64,000 bases of DNA from an uncultured Holophagales bacterium (GTDB lineage: Bacteria; Acidobacteriota; Thermoanaerobaculia; Multivoradales; UBA5704): the NCBI GenBank assembly GCA_963842525.1, contig CAWJGT010000012.1, forward strand, positions 68,809-132,808. Reading direction: 5' to 3'. Positions 48,738 through 60,029 of the stretch are shown one piece after another. The position numbers and the translations under genes are program-made. The notes beneath the pieces were generated by a model, which had not been told where the DNA came from, did not search any database, and worked only from the letters and a program-made list of their open reading frames with translations. Position 1 is the first letter of the stretch. Each line of letters opens with the position of its first letter.

Positions 48738-49442
48738 TCACCCGCCGGACCTCTGGCTTTCCAGACGGGCGAAGACGGCCTCGACCATGCAGTCGCAGCG
48801 CGGACCGTCGAAGAGGTAGAGCCGGCGCACCTCGCGGCCAATCCGCTCGTCGAGCCCCTGCCGCAGGCTCCTTTTGGCCCGGTGCAGGCGCACCCTCACG
48901 TTCTCCACCGTGAGGCCGAGAAGGTCGGCAGTCTGCTCGGTCGAGAGGCCTTCGATCTCGCGCAGGCAGAAAACGGCCCGCAGCGGATCGGGGAGGATCT
49001 CCACGGCATCGCGGAGCACGGCGTGCAGCTCGCGGTTCTCCAGCTCCCGCTCGGGGCTGAAGGTCGCCGCGGGAGGCTCCGGAGGCTCCCCACCGTCGAT
49101 GGGGACCAGCCGCCGCCGCTTCTTGGCGCGGGCCAGCGCCTCGTGGCAGGCGATCCGGGTGAGCCAGGTGGAGAATCGGGCCTCACCGCGGAAGGCGGCG
49201 AGCTCGCGGAACGCCCGCACATAGGCTTCCTGCGTGACGTCCTCGGCTTCCGCGTCATCCGTAAGGATGCCGCGGGCGACGCGGAAGAGCCTCTGGTTGT
49301 AGCGCCGCATCAGGATCTCGAACAGCGAGGTGTCCCCCGCCAGCACGCGCGCCACGACCTCCTCGTCGGAGAGGGTCGTGGGCGCGGCGACGGCGGGGAT
49401 CGCAGGGGTCGCAGCGGTGGGTTGAAGCGCTGGCAGGCTCAT
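48738..49442 (-). CDS. ECF sigma-70 factor
   Basis: AEDVTQEAY, FSTWLTRIA, region 4 VRVRLHRAK, C-terminal FDGPRCDC extension. Confidence 0.92.
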   Translation of the reverse strand: MSLPALQPTAATPAIPAVAAPTTLSDEEVVARVLAGDTSLFEILMRRYNQRLFRVARGILTDDAEAEDVTQEAYVRAFRELAAFRGEARFSTWLTRIACHEALARAKKRRRLVPIDGGEPPEPPAATFSPERELENRELHAVLRDAVEILPDPLRAVFCLREIEGLSTEQTADLLGLTVENVRVRLHRAKRSLRQGLDERIGREVRRLYLFDGPRCDCMVEAVFARLESQRSGG

Positions 49443-49469
49443 CGTCGTGGCTCCTGGCCGGCTCCGAGT

Positions 49470-49901
49470 CTACACCCGCCTCTCCCGCAGACTGGGCTCG
49501 GGGACCGCCGCGGGAGCGTCCTGCCGCAGCTCGGCGAGCTTGGCGAGCGTGTACGCGCCGACCGCCATCGCGAGGTCCCGGACGGCGATGTCGAACAGGC
49601 CCATCGTGACGAGGTTCAGCGCGATGAGGACCAGCCACGCCGCGGCGATCCACGCCCCGAGCCGCGTCCAGCGCGTGAGCACCATCAGGCCGACTGCGAT
49701 CTCGATGACCCCCACCGCGTACATGAAAGTCTGCGCCGACACCGGCAGCAGACCCGCGACCCAGGGGCTCAGGTATTTCGGCCAGTCTGCGAGCAGGTTG
49801 AGGAACTTGTCGAGCCCCGCGAGCAGCGGGACCAGTCCATAGGTCAGCCACAAGGGCCGGTACAGCGACTCCAGGTTCAGGCTCGGTTGTGTTACAGGCA
49901 T
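49470..49901 (-). CDS. DoxX-like membrane protein
   Basis: AAAGGAGG RBS; LAGLDKFLNLLADW..YL, GVIEI, DIAVRD. Confidence 0.85.
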   Translation of the reverse strand: MPVTQPSLNLESLYRPLWLTYGLVPLLAGLDKFLNLLADWPKYLSPWVAGLLPVSAQTFMYAVGVIEIAVGLMVLTRWTRLGAWIAAAWLVLIALNLVTMGLFDIAVRDLAMAVGAYTLAKLAELRQDAPAAVPEPSLRERRV

Positions 49902-49925
49902 CGGGTCGCCTCCTTTCACAGGGAG

Positions 49926-49952
49926 AGAGTCCCGAGGGCGGAGAACGTTACA
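49926..49952 (-). promoter_or_regulatory. Putative ECF-sigma promoter
   Basis: TGTAAC-N16-ACTCT just upstream of the doxX-ECF operon RBS. Confidence 0.45.
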
Positions 49953-50121
49953 AGCGGGTAGGCGAACAAAAACCTGAAGCCAACGCGCTACGGCAGGCTT
50001 CAGCGCGGTACAGGGGCAGGCTCTTGCGCTGGGACCGGTTCCTCGATCTCTATTTCCGCTTGTTGCGCTTGTCTCATCCCGGGGATTGTAGCCCCGCCTG
50101 AGGCTCTTCGGATGTTCCGGT

Positions 50122-51843
50122 CTATGGCCTCTCGCCGTACGGGATCGTCCAGCCGTGGTCCCGGGCCAGGTGATGGCAGCTCCGCTCGGCCAGCGCTGCG
50201 ATGGTGAGGCCCGGGTTGGCCCCCAGGGAGCGGGGGATCACGGCGGCGTCCATCACCCAGAGCCCGGGGTGCACGGCCGACCCGGCGTCGCCGGCATAGA
50301 CCCGGCCGGCTGAGTCGACCACGCCGTCTCGGGCGTCGTCCGCCATGACGCAGCCGCCCAGCGGATGGCCGGTGATCAGGTTGCGGCCTGTCAACTCGTG
50401 CCAGAGCGGATTCTGGATGTAGACGCCGTTCAGGGCCTCGGTGGCTCGGCGCATCAGCTCGCTGGCGCGGGCGAAGCCGGGCTGGCGGCCGACTCCGGGC
50501 CAGCTCACCACCAGGCTGTCATTCTCCAGCAGCATCCGGCCGGACGCGTCGTCGTGACTGACGACCAGGTAGGTCTGCGTGTTGCGGACGGCTCCGGCGT
50601 AGGGGCCGCGCAGCTTGGAGCTCAGCTCGCGGAGCTTCCTGCGTGCCCTTGCTTGCAGGCTCCTGTCGGTCTCGACTCCGGTTGCGAGCCCGCCGGCGGC
50701 GAAGGCGGCGGGCAGCGTGGCGCCCAAGGCGCCGGGGAGGCCGCCCTCTTCCAGGATGAGGCCCTCCTCCAGCGGCAGGCCCTCGCGTGCATCCACCAGC
50801 CCGGCCACGCAGGGGCCGACCCGCTCCCGCCCTTCGGGCCGGTGCCTGCCGAAGCCGATGCCGTTGATGGCGACGTCGGTGTTGTACGAGAAGCCCACCA
50901 TGTCGCCGTTGCCGGAGAAGCGGTGGCCCAGGGTGCTCGAGAGCCGCAGCCCCTTGCCGGCAGAGCGCAGGAGGATCTCCGCGGTGCCGAGAGTCCCCGC
51001 CCCCAGGATGACGAGGTCGGCGCTGACGGTGACCCCAGCGGTGGCCGGGTCGTGTGCCCCCGGGTCCAGGCGTTCGCCGTGGACGATCCAGCGCTCTCCC
51101 CGCCGCTCGAGATGGCGGACGCGAACCTGGGTGAAAATCTCGGCGCCGTGCCGCGCGGCGTCCGGCAGGTAGTTCATGAGCACGGTGTTCTTCGCGTGGT
51201 AGTTGCAGCCGGATTCGCAATCGCCGCAGCCGATGCAGGGCTGCTGAGGAACACCGACGTGATTCAGGCCGTCCGGGAACCGCTCGAAGTTGGTGAAGAC
51301 CGGAACGCGGCGGAAGGGCTTGCCGAGATGGCGGGCGGATCGTTCGAGGGCGGCCAGCTTGCGGATCGGCGGCTCGGCCTCGGGGTATGGGGCGGGCCGG
51401 AGCATGGCCTCGGCGCGGGCATAGTGGAGGTCCAGGTCCGGGTCCTCGCGAAAGCCGGTCGGCCAGCGCGGGTCCTGGAAGACCCGGGGATCGGGCCGCA
51501 GGCTGGCGCCGGAGCTGATGAGCGACGTCCCGCCCAGGCCGCACGCCATGTAGACGGTGATGTCCTTGAAGACCCGGAAGTCATAGAGACCGGTGAGGGG
51601 TCCGATGCGCTTGCCGGGCAGCCCGGTTTGGAGCTCCTTGAGAAAGGCGTCCGGCGTGGCCGGGTACTCGCCGGGCCACATCTCCTTGCCGCGCTCGAGC
51701 ACGCACACCCGCCGGCCGGCCCGGCTCAGGCGCGAGGCGGCGATCCCGCCGCCATAGCCCGAGCCGATGACGACAGCGTCGTAGTGGTCCTGGAGGCTTT
51801 CAATGGGGCGAGAGAGAAGGGGTATTGGAGGCATTGGAGGCAT
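50122..51843 (-). CDS. GMC oxidoreductase (cholesterol oxidase-like)
   Basis: GSGYGG, GLGGTSLI, CxxCGxCxxGC, HPLGGC, GANPGLTIAALAER. Confidence 0.92.
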   Translation of the reverse strand: MPPMPPIPLLSRPIESLQDHYDAVVIGSGYGGGIAASRLSRAGRRVCVLERGKEMWPGEYPATPDAFLKELQTGLPGKRIGPLTGLYDFRVFKDITVYMACGLGGTSLISSGASLRPDPRVFQDPRWPTGFREDPDLDLHYARAEAMLRPAPYPEAEPPIRKLAALERSARHLGKPFRRVPVFTNFERFPDGLNHVGVPQQPCIGCGDCESGCNYHAKNTVLMNYLPDAARHGAEIFTQVRVRHLERRGERWIVHGERLDPGAHDPATAGVTVSADLVILGAGTLGTAEILLRSAGKGLRLSSTLGHRFSGNGDMVGFSYNTDVAINGIGFGRHRPEGRERVGPCVAGLVDAREGLPLEEGLILEEGGLPGALGATLPAAFAAGGLATGVETDRSLQARARRKLRELSSKLRGPYAGAVRNTQTYLVVSHDDASGRMLLENDSLVVSWPGVGRQPGFARASELMRRATEALNGVYIQNPLWHELTGRNLITGHPLGGCVMADDARDGVVDSAGRVYAGDAGSAVHPGLWVMDAAVIPRSLGANPGLTIAALAERSCHHLARDHGWTIPYGERP

Positions 51844-51975
51844 TGGAGCGCCCCTCCTTGCACAGGCGCTGGCGCGGGACGATGTCCAGAGCATTGTAAC
51901 AAGGAGAAAAAACCGCCGCCGGATCCGGCGGAGATCGTGCTCCGTGCGGTGTTACCGCTGCGCGGTGCGCCGATG

Positions 51976-52287
51976 GACCTGCGAGGCACGCTGTCTGACC
52001 TGGGGAGCACGCCAGTGGACCTGCGGGGCACACCGGTGGACCCGCAGGTCACGCTGGTTGACCTGCGGGGCGAGCTGGTGGACCCGCAGGTCACGCGGGT
52101 CGACCTGCAGCGTGCGCTGGCTTACCTGCGGGGCACAGTGGTTGACCCGCAGGTCACACGGGTTGACCTGCGGGTCACGCTGGCTGACCTGCGGGTCCAT
52201 CGCGATACGTCGCAGGTCCGCCGGGCCACGCCGCAGGTCAGGCCTGCTGCCCCGCGGGTCCGCCGGCAGACGCCGCGGGGCAGTTGA
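51976..52287. repeat. Tandem array of fifteen 21-bp units with a quasi-palindromic GACCYGCRGGTC core
   Basis: Units start at 51976, 51997, 52018, 52039, 52060, 52081 ... 52270 in exact register. Confidence 0.9.
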
Positions 52288-52311
52288 CCACCCTTCGTCA
52301 GCCGATCCCTG

Positions 52312-53101
52312 TCATCCCTTCTTGTACTTCACGCGGATCGGCGGCGGGGTCTCGCCGGGCTTCATCTTCTCGAAGGTGTCCAGGGTGTACTCCCAGATGA
52401 GGGTGTTGCCTTCCTTGCGGGTGGCGTTGTGCTCGATCACCTCGAAGGGGGCCTGGATCTTCCAGGCGATCCGCAGGCCTTTGAAGGCTTCCTCCATCTG
52501 CTTCTTCATGTCCGGCGTCAGCTCGCCGCCCATCTGCTGCTCCTGCTCGGCCATGGGGTTGGTGGGCTTGGAGGTCACCAGGATGGTGTTCCCCTGCTCC
52601 TGGATGTCGAGGTCGGCGAAGGGCTGGTCGAACGGGTTCGATGGGCCGGGAGGGGCGCCGCCCTGCTCGCCTATCCTTCGGCTTCGAGAGGTTGACCTGC
52701 TTCAGCTTCGAGATGTGGTCGAAGGCGAGGTTGACGCGGGCGACGAGCTGAAGCCCCTCGTCCTTCATGTCGGCCTCCAGGAGCTTGACCCCCGGCGGCA
52801 GGTTCTTCTGCATCTCTGCCTTCTCTTTCGCCATGTCCGGCTTCGCCTCGCTCTTCTTCGAAGCGAGGAAGTCCGTCTTGGCCTTCTCGATCTCGGCGGC
52901 GGTGGGCTCGCCCTTCTGGTCCTGCATCTCGCGCTGCATGCGCAGCATCATGAGGACCATCGGCTCGAAATTGACCTTCATCGAGAAGCCGGCCTTGCCG
53001 GACAGGTTCTTGTCCAGCACCAGCGACTGCTCGACGTCGAAACATCCGGCCAGCAGGAGAGACCCGGCCAGCACGAGCACAGCGGACAGCTTGTTGCGCA
53101 T
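52312..53101 (-). CDS. Lipoprotein (LppM/DUF3153-like), frameshift ~52670
   Basis: Lipobox LLAGC; C-terminal [18 protein letters not shown]. Confidence 0.75.
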
Positions 53102-53157
53102 CGCGATCATCTCCATTCCTTGCCTTGCCCGCGGGACGGCCGGGCCATGTGTGTAGA

Positions 53158-54238
<1,081 letters not shown>

Positions 54239-54260
54239 GGTGTCTCGGACCTCGGGGATC

Positions 54261-55253
54261 TCAGGCCGTCGATCTCAGATCGGCCTCCGGCGCCGCCAGG
54301 AGCCCGTCCTCCCGGAGAGCTTCCTCCAGGGCGACGATGGCGACCTCCAGCATGTCGTCCGTGGGCTCCTGGGTGGTGATCTTCTGGAGCATCAGGCCCG
54401 GAGCGACCAGGGCCGCGAACAGCGGCGCCGCCCGCTTGCGCGCGGTCAGGCGCAGCACCTCGTAAGAGACGCCGGCCACCAGCGGCACGAGCAGCAGCCG
54501 GCCGCCGAATTTGAACAGGAACGGTGCGGTCTTCGGGATCAGCGCGAAGAGGACGATCGACACCAGCAGCACGAAGAGCAGGAAGCTCGTCCCGCAACGC
54601 GGATGGAGCCGGCTCTGGACGCGCGCGTTCTCCACCGTCAGCGGCTGCCGCGTCTCCCAGTTGAAGACCACCTTGTGCTCCGCGCCGTGATACATGAACA
54701 CCCGGTGGATGTCCTTCATCCGCGAGATCGCGAGCAGGTAGAGCAGGAAGAACACCCCGCGCAGCCCGCCGTCGATCAGGTTGAACGCCAGGCTGGACAG
54801 CTCGCCGAGCCAGTACCTCTCGGCGAGCTGGGTCAGCCAGAGGGGCAGGAGCAGGAAGAGGGCGATCCCCATCCCCAGGCCGAGCGCCATCGAGCCGGCC
54901 ACGGCCCAGCCCGACATCTCCTTCGCCTTCGCCTCCTTCGCCTCCCCGTCCGCCGGCACGGCGCCGTCCGCCTCCCCCGCCGGCCCGGCGGCCTCCAAGG
55001 CGGAGAATTCGAGCGCGCGGATGCCGATGTAGAGCGACTGGAAGAGCACGGCAAAGCCGCGCAGGATCGGCAGCTTGAGGAGGGGATAGCGCCGGCCGAG
55101 CGGCGTGACCTTGCCGCGCCGCAAGGCGAGCGAGCCGTCGGGACGGCGCACGGCGATGCCATAGGCGCCGGGGGAGCGCATCATCACTCCCTCGATCAGT
55201 GCCTGGCCGCCGACCAGCAGCTCGCCCTCGGGGCTCGCGCTCGGTGCTCTCAT
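54261..55253 (-). CDS. DUF1385 membrane protein
   Basis: [32 protein letters not shown]. Confidence 0.92.
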   Translation of the reverse strand: MRAPSASPEGELLVGGQALIEGVMMRSPGAYGIAVRRPDGSLALRRGKVTPLGRRYPLLKLPILRGFAVLFQSLYIGIRALEFSALEAAGPAGEADGAVPADGEAKEAKAKEMSGWAVAGSMALGLGMGIALFLLLPLWLTQLAERYWLGELSSLAFNLIDGGLRGVFFLLYLLAISRMKDIHRVFMYHGAEHKVVFNWETRQPLTVENARVQSRLHPRCGTSFLLFVLLVSIVLFALIPKTAPFLFKFGGRLLLVPLVAGVSYEVLRLTARKRAAPLFAALVAPGLMLQKITTQEPTDDMLEVAIVALEEALREDGLLAAPEADLRSTA

Positions 55254-55292
55254 ATGGGGGCTCCCCGGCCTCGCGGCCCGAGCCGGGAGGAT

Positions 55293-55499
55293 CTAGGCGG
55301 TCGCCTGGTCGTAGCGCCGCTTGAAGCGCTCGACGCGGCCCGCGGTGTCGATCAGCTTCTGCTTGCCCGAGAAGAACGGATGGCAGGCGCTGCAGATCTC
55401 CAGGCGGATGTCCGACTTGGTCGAGTGCGTCTCGAAGGTGTTGCCGCAGGCACAGACCACGGTCACCATGTGGTTGACGGGATGGATGTCTTTCTTCAC
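55293..55499 (-). CDS. rpmE: 50S ribosomal protein L31 (Zn-binding type A)
   Basis: KKDIHP...CACGN...[21 protein letters not shown]. Confidence 0.97.
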   Translation of the reverse strand: MKKDIHPVNHMVTVVCACGNTFETHSTKSDIRLEICSACHPFFSGKQKLIDTAGRVERFKRRYDQATA

Positions 55500-55574
55500 G
55501 GTCGTGACCCTTCTCTCCGAAATGTCTCCCGGGAATAAGGAGACCGGGTGTCGTCGCTTGCCCAAGAGCCCGAG

Positions 55575-55603
55575 AGACTAACCCATCGGCGCCCTCTTGA
55601 CAA
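55575..55603 (-). promoter_or_regulatory. Sigma70-type promoter for the rpmE operon
   Basis: TTGTCA-N17-TAGTCT on the minus strand. Confidence 0.55.
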
Positions 55604-55737
55604 GCCGAGGTCTTCAACAGGGCGCGCAAGGAGCGAATTCCGCCGCACCCCTCACCCCCTCTCCCATCACCCTCCCCGATCTCTTGTTCTGGTAGGCTCG
55701 TCCTCGCGCAACAGAACTCAGCGCGGGTGGGGCATGC

Positions 55738-56058
55738 ATGTCAAGAACCTTCGAGGCGGTGAGGGAGGCGATCGTCCGCGGTTCCGTTCGAGTATCTCAG
55801 CATGCGGTCGAAGAGCTGGAGGCGGACGATCTATCCGTCGATACGATCGTCTCGGCCGTCCTGGCAGGTGAGCTCATTGAGGACTACCCGGACGACCCGA
55901 GAGGCCCCAGTTGTCTGGTGCTGTCGAGTCACGAAAGCGGTGATTGGGTGCATACTGTCTGGGGTTGGGATTCGGGAAGCGGGATCGCGGTGCTGATCAC
56001 CGCCTACCGGCCGCATCCGAGGAAGTGGGAGCACGACCTCAAAAGAAGGAGACGCTGA
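55738..56058 (+). CDS. DUF4258 family toxin
   Basis: SQHAVEEL...GELIEDYPDDPRGPSCLV...HTV...LITAYRP...W. Confidence 0.88.
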   Translation: MSRTFEAVREAIVRGSVRVSQHAVEELEADDLSVDTIVSAVLAGELIEDYPDDPRGPSCLVLSSHESGDWVHTVWGWDSGSGIAVLITAYRPHPRKWEHDLKRRRR

Positions 56059-56059
56059 T

Positions 56060-56314
56060 ATGGAATCCACCGGCTTGACCCGCTGCTTCCGCTGCGGAGG
56101 GACAGACCTCGTGGACAGGGAGGTCGAGGAGCTCTTTTCCATGGACAGGTACGTTGTGCGGTGCCGGGTTGCCGCCACGGTCTGCCAGCGGTGTGGGGAA
56201 CGCTACTTCGATCCAGAGACCGTGCGGCGGTTCGAGAAGATGCGTTCCCAGGTCCGCGCGGGTGATCTGACCGGTTTTCGCCCTGCCGGCGAGATCCTCG
56301 AGCCGGCTGCCTGA
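56060..56314 (+). CDS. YgiT/MqsA-type zinc finger antitoxin
   Basis: CFRCGG...ATVCQRCGERYFDPET; immediately downstream of the toxin. Confidence 0.88.
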   Translation: MESTGLTRCFRCGGTDLVDREVEELFSMDRYVVRCRVAATVCQRCGERYFDPETVRRFEKMRSQVRAGDLTGFRPAGEILEPAA

Positions 56315-56407
56315 ACCCCTGGCCCCTCTCTCATCTCCCATCCCCCGCCGGGAGAGGGGGGACGTACTCCACGGCCGTCAGGCGTCTCCGGGTAGAATCG
56401 GCCCACC

Positions 56408-57505
56408 ATGGGACTCCACGAAGACTGCCTGGTGATCGACGGCCACACCGACGTGCCGACCCGCCTCTGGGAGTGTCCCTGCGACCTCGGCGAGGTGCGC
56501 AAGGACCGGCACATCGACCTGCCGCGGCTGAGGCAGGGAGGCGTCGACGCGCTCGTCTTCGCCCTGTACGTCCCCGCCTCGCTGGACCCCGAGCGGGGAT
56601 GGGAGCATGCGCTCAAGCTCCACCGCGCCGCCGAGGAGTGCCTGGCCAAGCTGCCGGGGCAGATGGAGATCGTCACTACAGCCGAGGAGGTCCGGCGGGC
56701 CTCCTGGCGCGGCGTGGTCGGCGTGCTCCTCGGGCTCGAGAACGGCCGGCCGTTGGCGCTCCCAGGGAAAGTCGAGGCCTGCCGCAAGATGGGGATCCGC
56801 TATGTGACCCTGACGCACAACGGCACGCACGAGTGGTGCGACGCAGGGACCGACGAGCCGCGCCACGGCGGCCTTTCCGGCGAAGGGGAGCAGATCATCC
56901 GCGAGATGAACCGGGCCGGCATCCTGCCCGACGTGTCCCACGTGTCCGACGACGCCGTGCTCCATGTCCTCGACGTGTCGACGGCTCCCATCGTGGCGAG
57001 CCACAGCTCGGCCCGCGCCCTCTGCGACCATCCCCGCAACCTGCCGGACGAGCTGATCCGGGAGATTGCACGCAAGGACGGCGTCGTGATGGCCAACAGC
57101 TATCCCGCCTTCGTCGGACCGGAGGCCAGCCGCGCCGACCGCAAGCGGGGGAAGATCATCAGGCCACAGCTCGAGGCCATGGAGGAGGCCTACCTCGCCG
57201 AGCCCGGGAAGCACTGGCAGGAGCAGGTGCGCATCCTCGCCGAGCATCCGCTGCCGGAGGTGCCGCTCGCGCACTTCGTGGACCACATCCTCCACCTGAT
57301 CGAGATGGGAGGCGAGGAGCACGTCGGGATCGGCAGCGACTTCGACGGCATCCCGGAGACGATCGCCGGCTTCGAGGACCCCTCCCGATTCCCGGACCTG
57401 ACCGCCGCCCTGCTGGACCGGGGTCTGGACAAGGCCGGCGTCCGCCTCGTCCTGGGGGAGAACTTCCTGCGCGTGCTGCGGCGGGCGGAGGAGGTGGCGC
57501 GCTGA
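56408..57505 (+). CDS. Membrane dipeptidase (M19 family)
   Basis: IDGHTD, GLENG, TLTHN, DVSH, ASHS, GIGSDFDG. Confidence 0.95.
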   Translation: MGLHEDCLVIDGHTDVPTRLWECPCDLGEVRKDRHIDLPRLRQGGVDALVFALYVPASLDPERGWEHALKLHRAAEECLAKLPGQMEIVTTAEEVRRASWRGVVGVLLGLENGRPLALPGKVEACRKMGIRYVTLTHNGTHEWCDAGTDEPRHGGLSGEGEQIIREMNRAGILPDVSHVSDDAVLHVLDVSTAPIVASHSSARALCDHPRNLPDELIREIARKDGVVMANSYPAFVGPEASRADRKRGKIIRPQLEAMEEAYLAEPGKHWQEQVRILAEHPLPEVPLAHFVDHILHLIEMGGEEHVGIGSDFDGIPETIAGFEDPSRFPDLTAALLDRGLDKAGVRLVLGENFLRVLRRAEEVAR

Positions 57506-57506
57506 G

Positions 57507-57564
57507 ACCTCACCCCCTGTCCCCCTCTCCCATCGCCCCCCCTGCCACCGGGAGAGGGGGGACG
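57507..57564. repeat. Single REP arm, CCTCACCCC family (others at 55649 and 56315)
   Basis: ACCTCACCCCCTGTCCCCCTCTCCCATCGCC...CCGGGAGAGGGGG, directly after a stop codon. Confidence 0.8.
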
Positions 57565-57601
57565 CGGTCCACATCTTTCGTGTCGGTAGGATGCTCAGAA
57601 G

Positions 57602-57678
57602 GTCATTCGGAGCGCAGCGAAGAATCTGGGCGGGCGGAGCTTGCCAACCCCCAGATCCTTCGCTTCGCTCAGGATGAC
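57602..57678. repeat. Palindromic repeat, GTCAT..GAGCG.AGCGAAG.ATCT family
   Basis: GTCATTCGGAGCGCAGCGAAGAATCT...AGATCCTTCGCTTCGCTCAGGATGAC inverted arms. Confidence 0.75.
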
Positions 57679-58490
57679 ACCGCAACGGAAGGGGCTTCGA
57701 CCTTGCCTCTGGGGCCTCAGCTACGTCCCCCCAGACCCGGTCACTGTGCGTAAGTTGTTTGTTTTCAGTGGCTTCACTTTTCACTGGCGCTCTCGGGTCA
57801 CTTGGGGGTACCAAAGTGTCAACAAAGGCAGCTTGCCGGGGGCACCGCGCCGGCCGTTGAGCCCCTTGGGGTCACGGCCCCTCTTGAAGGAGGAAACCCG
57901 AGACCCTCACGAGTATGCCGATTGCTGGCTTGGGTCGGCTTCCTCGGCCCTGCACTCCCGTGAGCAAGGAGTCTGTGCCATCGCCCGGCCGGAGGGCACG
58001 GTTCCCTCGCCTCTCACCTGTTGCTCGCGATCTTGATCTTGCTCCAGCAGCTAGATCAACGCCAAGCCGTCTGACAGCCCCTCTGAGCCTGGGGCCACTT
58101 GGGCTGTGCCGCCGGCCCGTAGAGGGCCTTGCAGAGGCCTTGGGGCCGCCTGGATCGCCAGCAACCCAGCCGCGGCCAGCAAGTGGCCCAGCCGCTTGGC
58201 TCGCCAGCAGCCTACATCGGCAGCCTACCATCTAGGGTTCGGCTCGCCGCGTACCTTGAGCCCCGGTTCTGGGTGAAGTGATCGGCGGGGTGGCTGGCAG
58301 CGGCGCGTTGTTTCATCCTTGGATCGCCGGAAGGCAGGCCGACAAGTTCCCCCTTTGAGATCTAGTGAGCAGATTTGCCTCGTCGTCAGAATCTGTGGAT
58401 GAGATCGGGTTCGGGTAGAGCGCCAAGTGTATGGCGGTCCTTTCCGCCCAGTCGTATAATAAGAGTCAATCCATAACCAAGGAGCACGCG

Positions 58491-59839
58491 ATGCGCAAGG
58501 AAACCTTGCTGGTCCTCGGGACTCTGGTGTTCCCGGGTCTTACCTGTCCCGCCGTGGCGGAACAGGTGGGATGCACGATCTCCGGCGATTCCGGCCTTCG
58601 CCTGCTGGGCAGCTCGCGCAATTCCCAAGGCTACTTCCGGAGGTGGGAGGTTCAAGAGACCGGCCAGCCGGTCACCATCCGGTGCGACGACTTTGGCGAC
58701 CTTCAGGCGGGCTCGGGGGTGGGGGTGAGGTTCTCTTCCAGGAAGGGCGAGGTCGACGAGTGGCGCTGCGAGCTGAGGTTCGCTTCCATCCTCGCCAAGG
58801 GTGCCGGCGAGGTGACGGTGCGCATGCGGGCCGACCGCAAGTCCCATTTCGCCGATTACGAAGGGAACTGGAAAGACGTCGGGGATCTGCGCTGTACCGT
58901 GACCCAGGGCGAGCTCCCCGGCTCGAAGACGACGGCGGCCACCATCTGGTGCCCGCCGGCGCGCAGGCGGAGGCCGAGGCGGGAGCCCGCATCATCATGC
59001 CGGCGAGCCAGTCCCGCTATCTCTGGGATCGTGCGTTGCCGATGCAAGAGGATTCCGCCGCGGTGGTGTTCCGCGTCAAAGCCGGCGACAGCATCCACGT
59101 GCGATTCGCCACCGAGCAGAATGACTCGGCCCAATCCTACGAGGCTGTCATCGCCTATGGTGGCGAAAGGACGATTCGCCGCAACGGCGGGGACCGGGCG
59201 AGCGCCAAGGAGGCGCTCGCCCAGGCGGCGGGCACCTACTGGTACAGCGCCTCTCGCGGTCTCGTGCGGCTTGGGCGGGGAGAGGTCCCCGGCCGGGAGG
59301 TGTTGCTGGAGTGGCAGGACCCGGAGCCGCTGAAAGGCCTGCGGTGGGTAGCCTTCTGGGGCGGGTATCACCGGTTCGAGGTGCGCGCGGTGAGGCTCGC
59401 GGCGGTCGGCGAGGGCGGCGAAGGACCCCCGGCCATCGCGCAAGCGCCCTCGGCCCCGCCGCCGGCCGCGCCGGTGCCGCCGCGCCAGCCGCCGGCCGAG
59501 GTCACCTTGCCCTCGAGCTTGCGCGTCCTCGATCTCGCGCTGGGGCAGGGAGCGGCCGCGAAGATGGGCGACGACGTCGAGGTCGCCGTGACCGTCCGGA
59601 TTCCCGGCGGGTCGCAGGACCTCGAGCCCCGGACGATCTATTCCATGGTCCTCGGCGACGGGAGGATGATCAAGGGCTTCGAGGAGGGCATCGTCGGCAT
59701 GCAGGCGGGAGGTAAGCGCCGCCTGTTGTTCCCCGCCGCGCTGCATGGCCAGGGCTGCTACGGCTGCAAAGTGCCGCCTAATCTCGACCTCATCATGGAA
59801 GTCGAGCTGATCTCGCTGACCCCCCGGCCGGCCTCCTGA
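58491..59839 (+). CDS. Secreted protein: unknown N-terminal domain + FAMeT-like domain + FKBP-type PPIase (frameshift ~58960)
   Basis: TATAAT and AAGGAG upstream, signal peptide, FKBP motif LGDGRMIKGFEEGIVGMQAGGKRRL...VPPNLDLIMEVEL. Confidence 0.75.
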
Positions 59840-60027
59840 CGGATCACTCCGGTGGGCCGGAAGTAGCCGTCCACGTCCCGCGTCGCGTGCCGGGTGTCGA
59901 GGGCCAGGCACATCACCGCGCCGCCCACCAGGTAGAGCTCGCCATGCACGTCCTCGGCGGCCAGCTCCGCGTTCAACAGATCGGACAGCCGTAGCATGTC
60001 CGACCGCGTCAGGCGTGGGCCGGCCAT
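59836..60027 (-). pseudogene. Truncated nucleotidyltransferase (DUF6036/AbiEii-like toxin)
   Basis: LYLVGGAVM...TRDVD motif; similarity ends after ~65 aa at the stop of the FKBP gene. Confidence 0.7.
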
Positions 60028-60029
60028 CG

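Noticed and set aside
57840-58430. ORFs 57915-58235 and 57872-58231
   Set aside because: Low-complexity translations with no recognisable motif; probably non-coding or decayed sequence.
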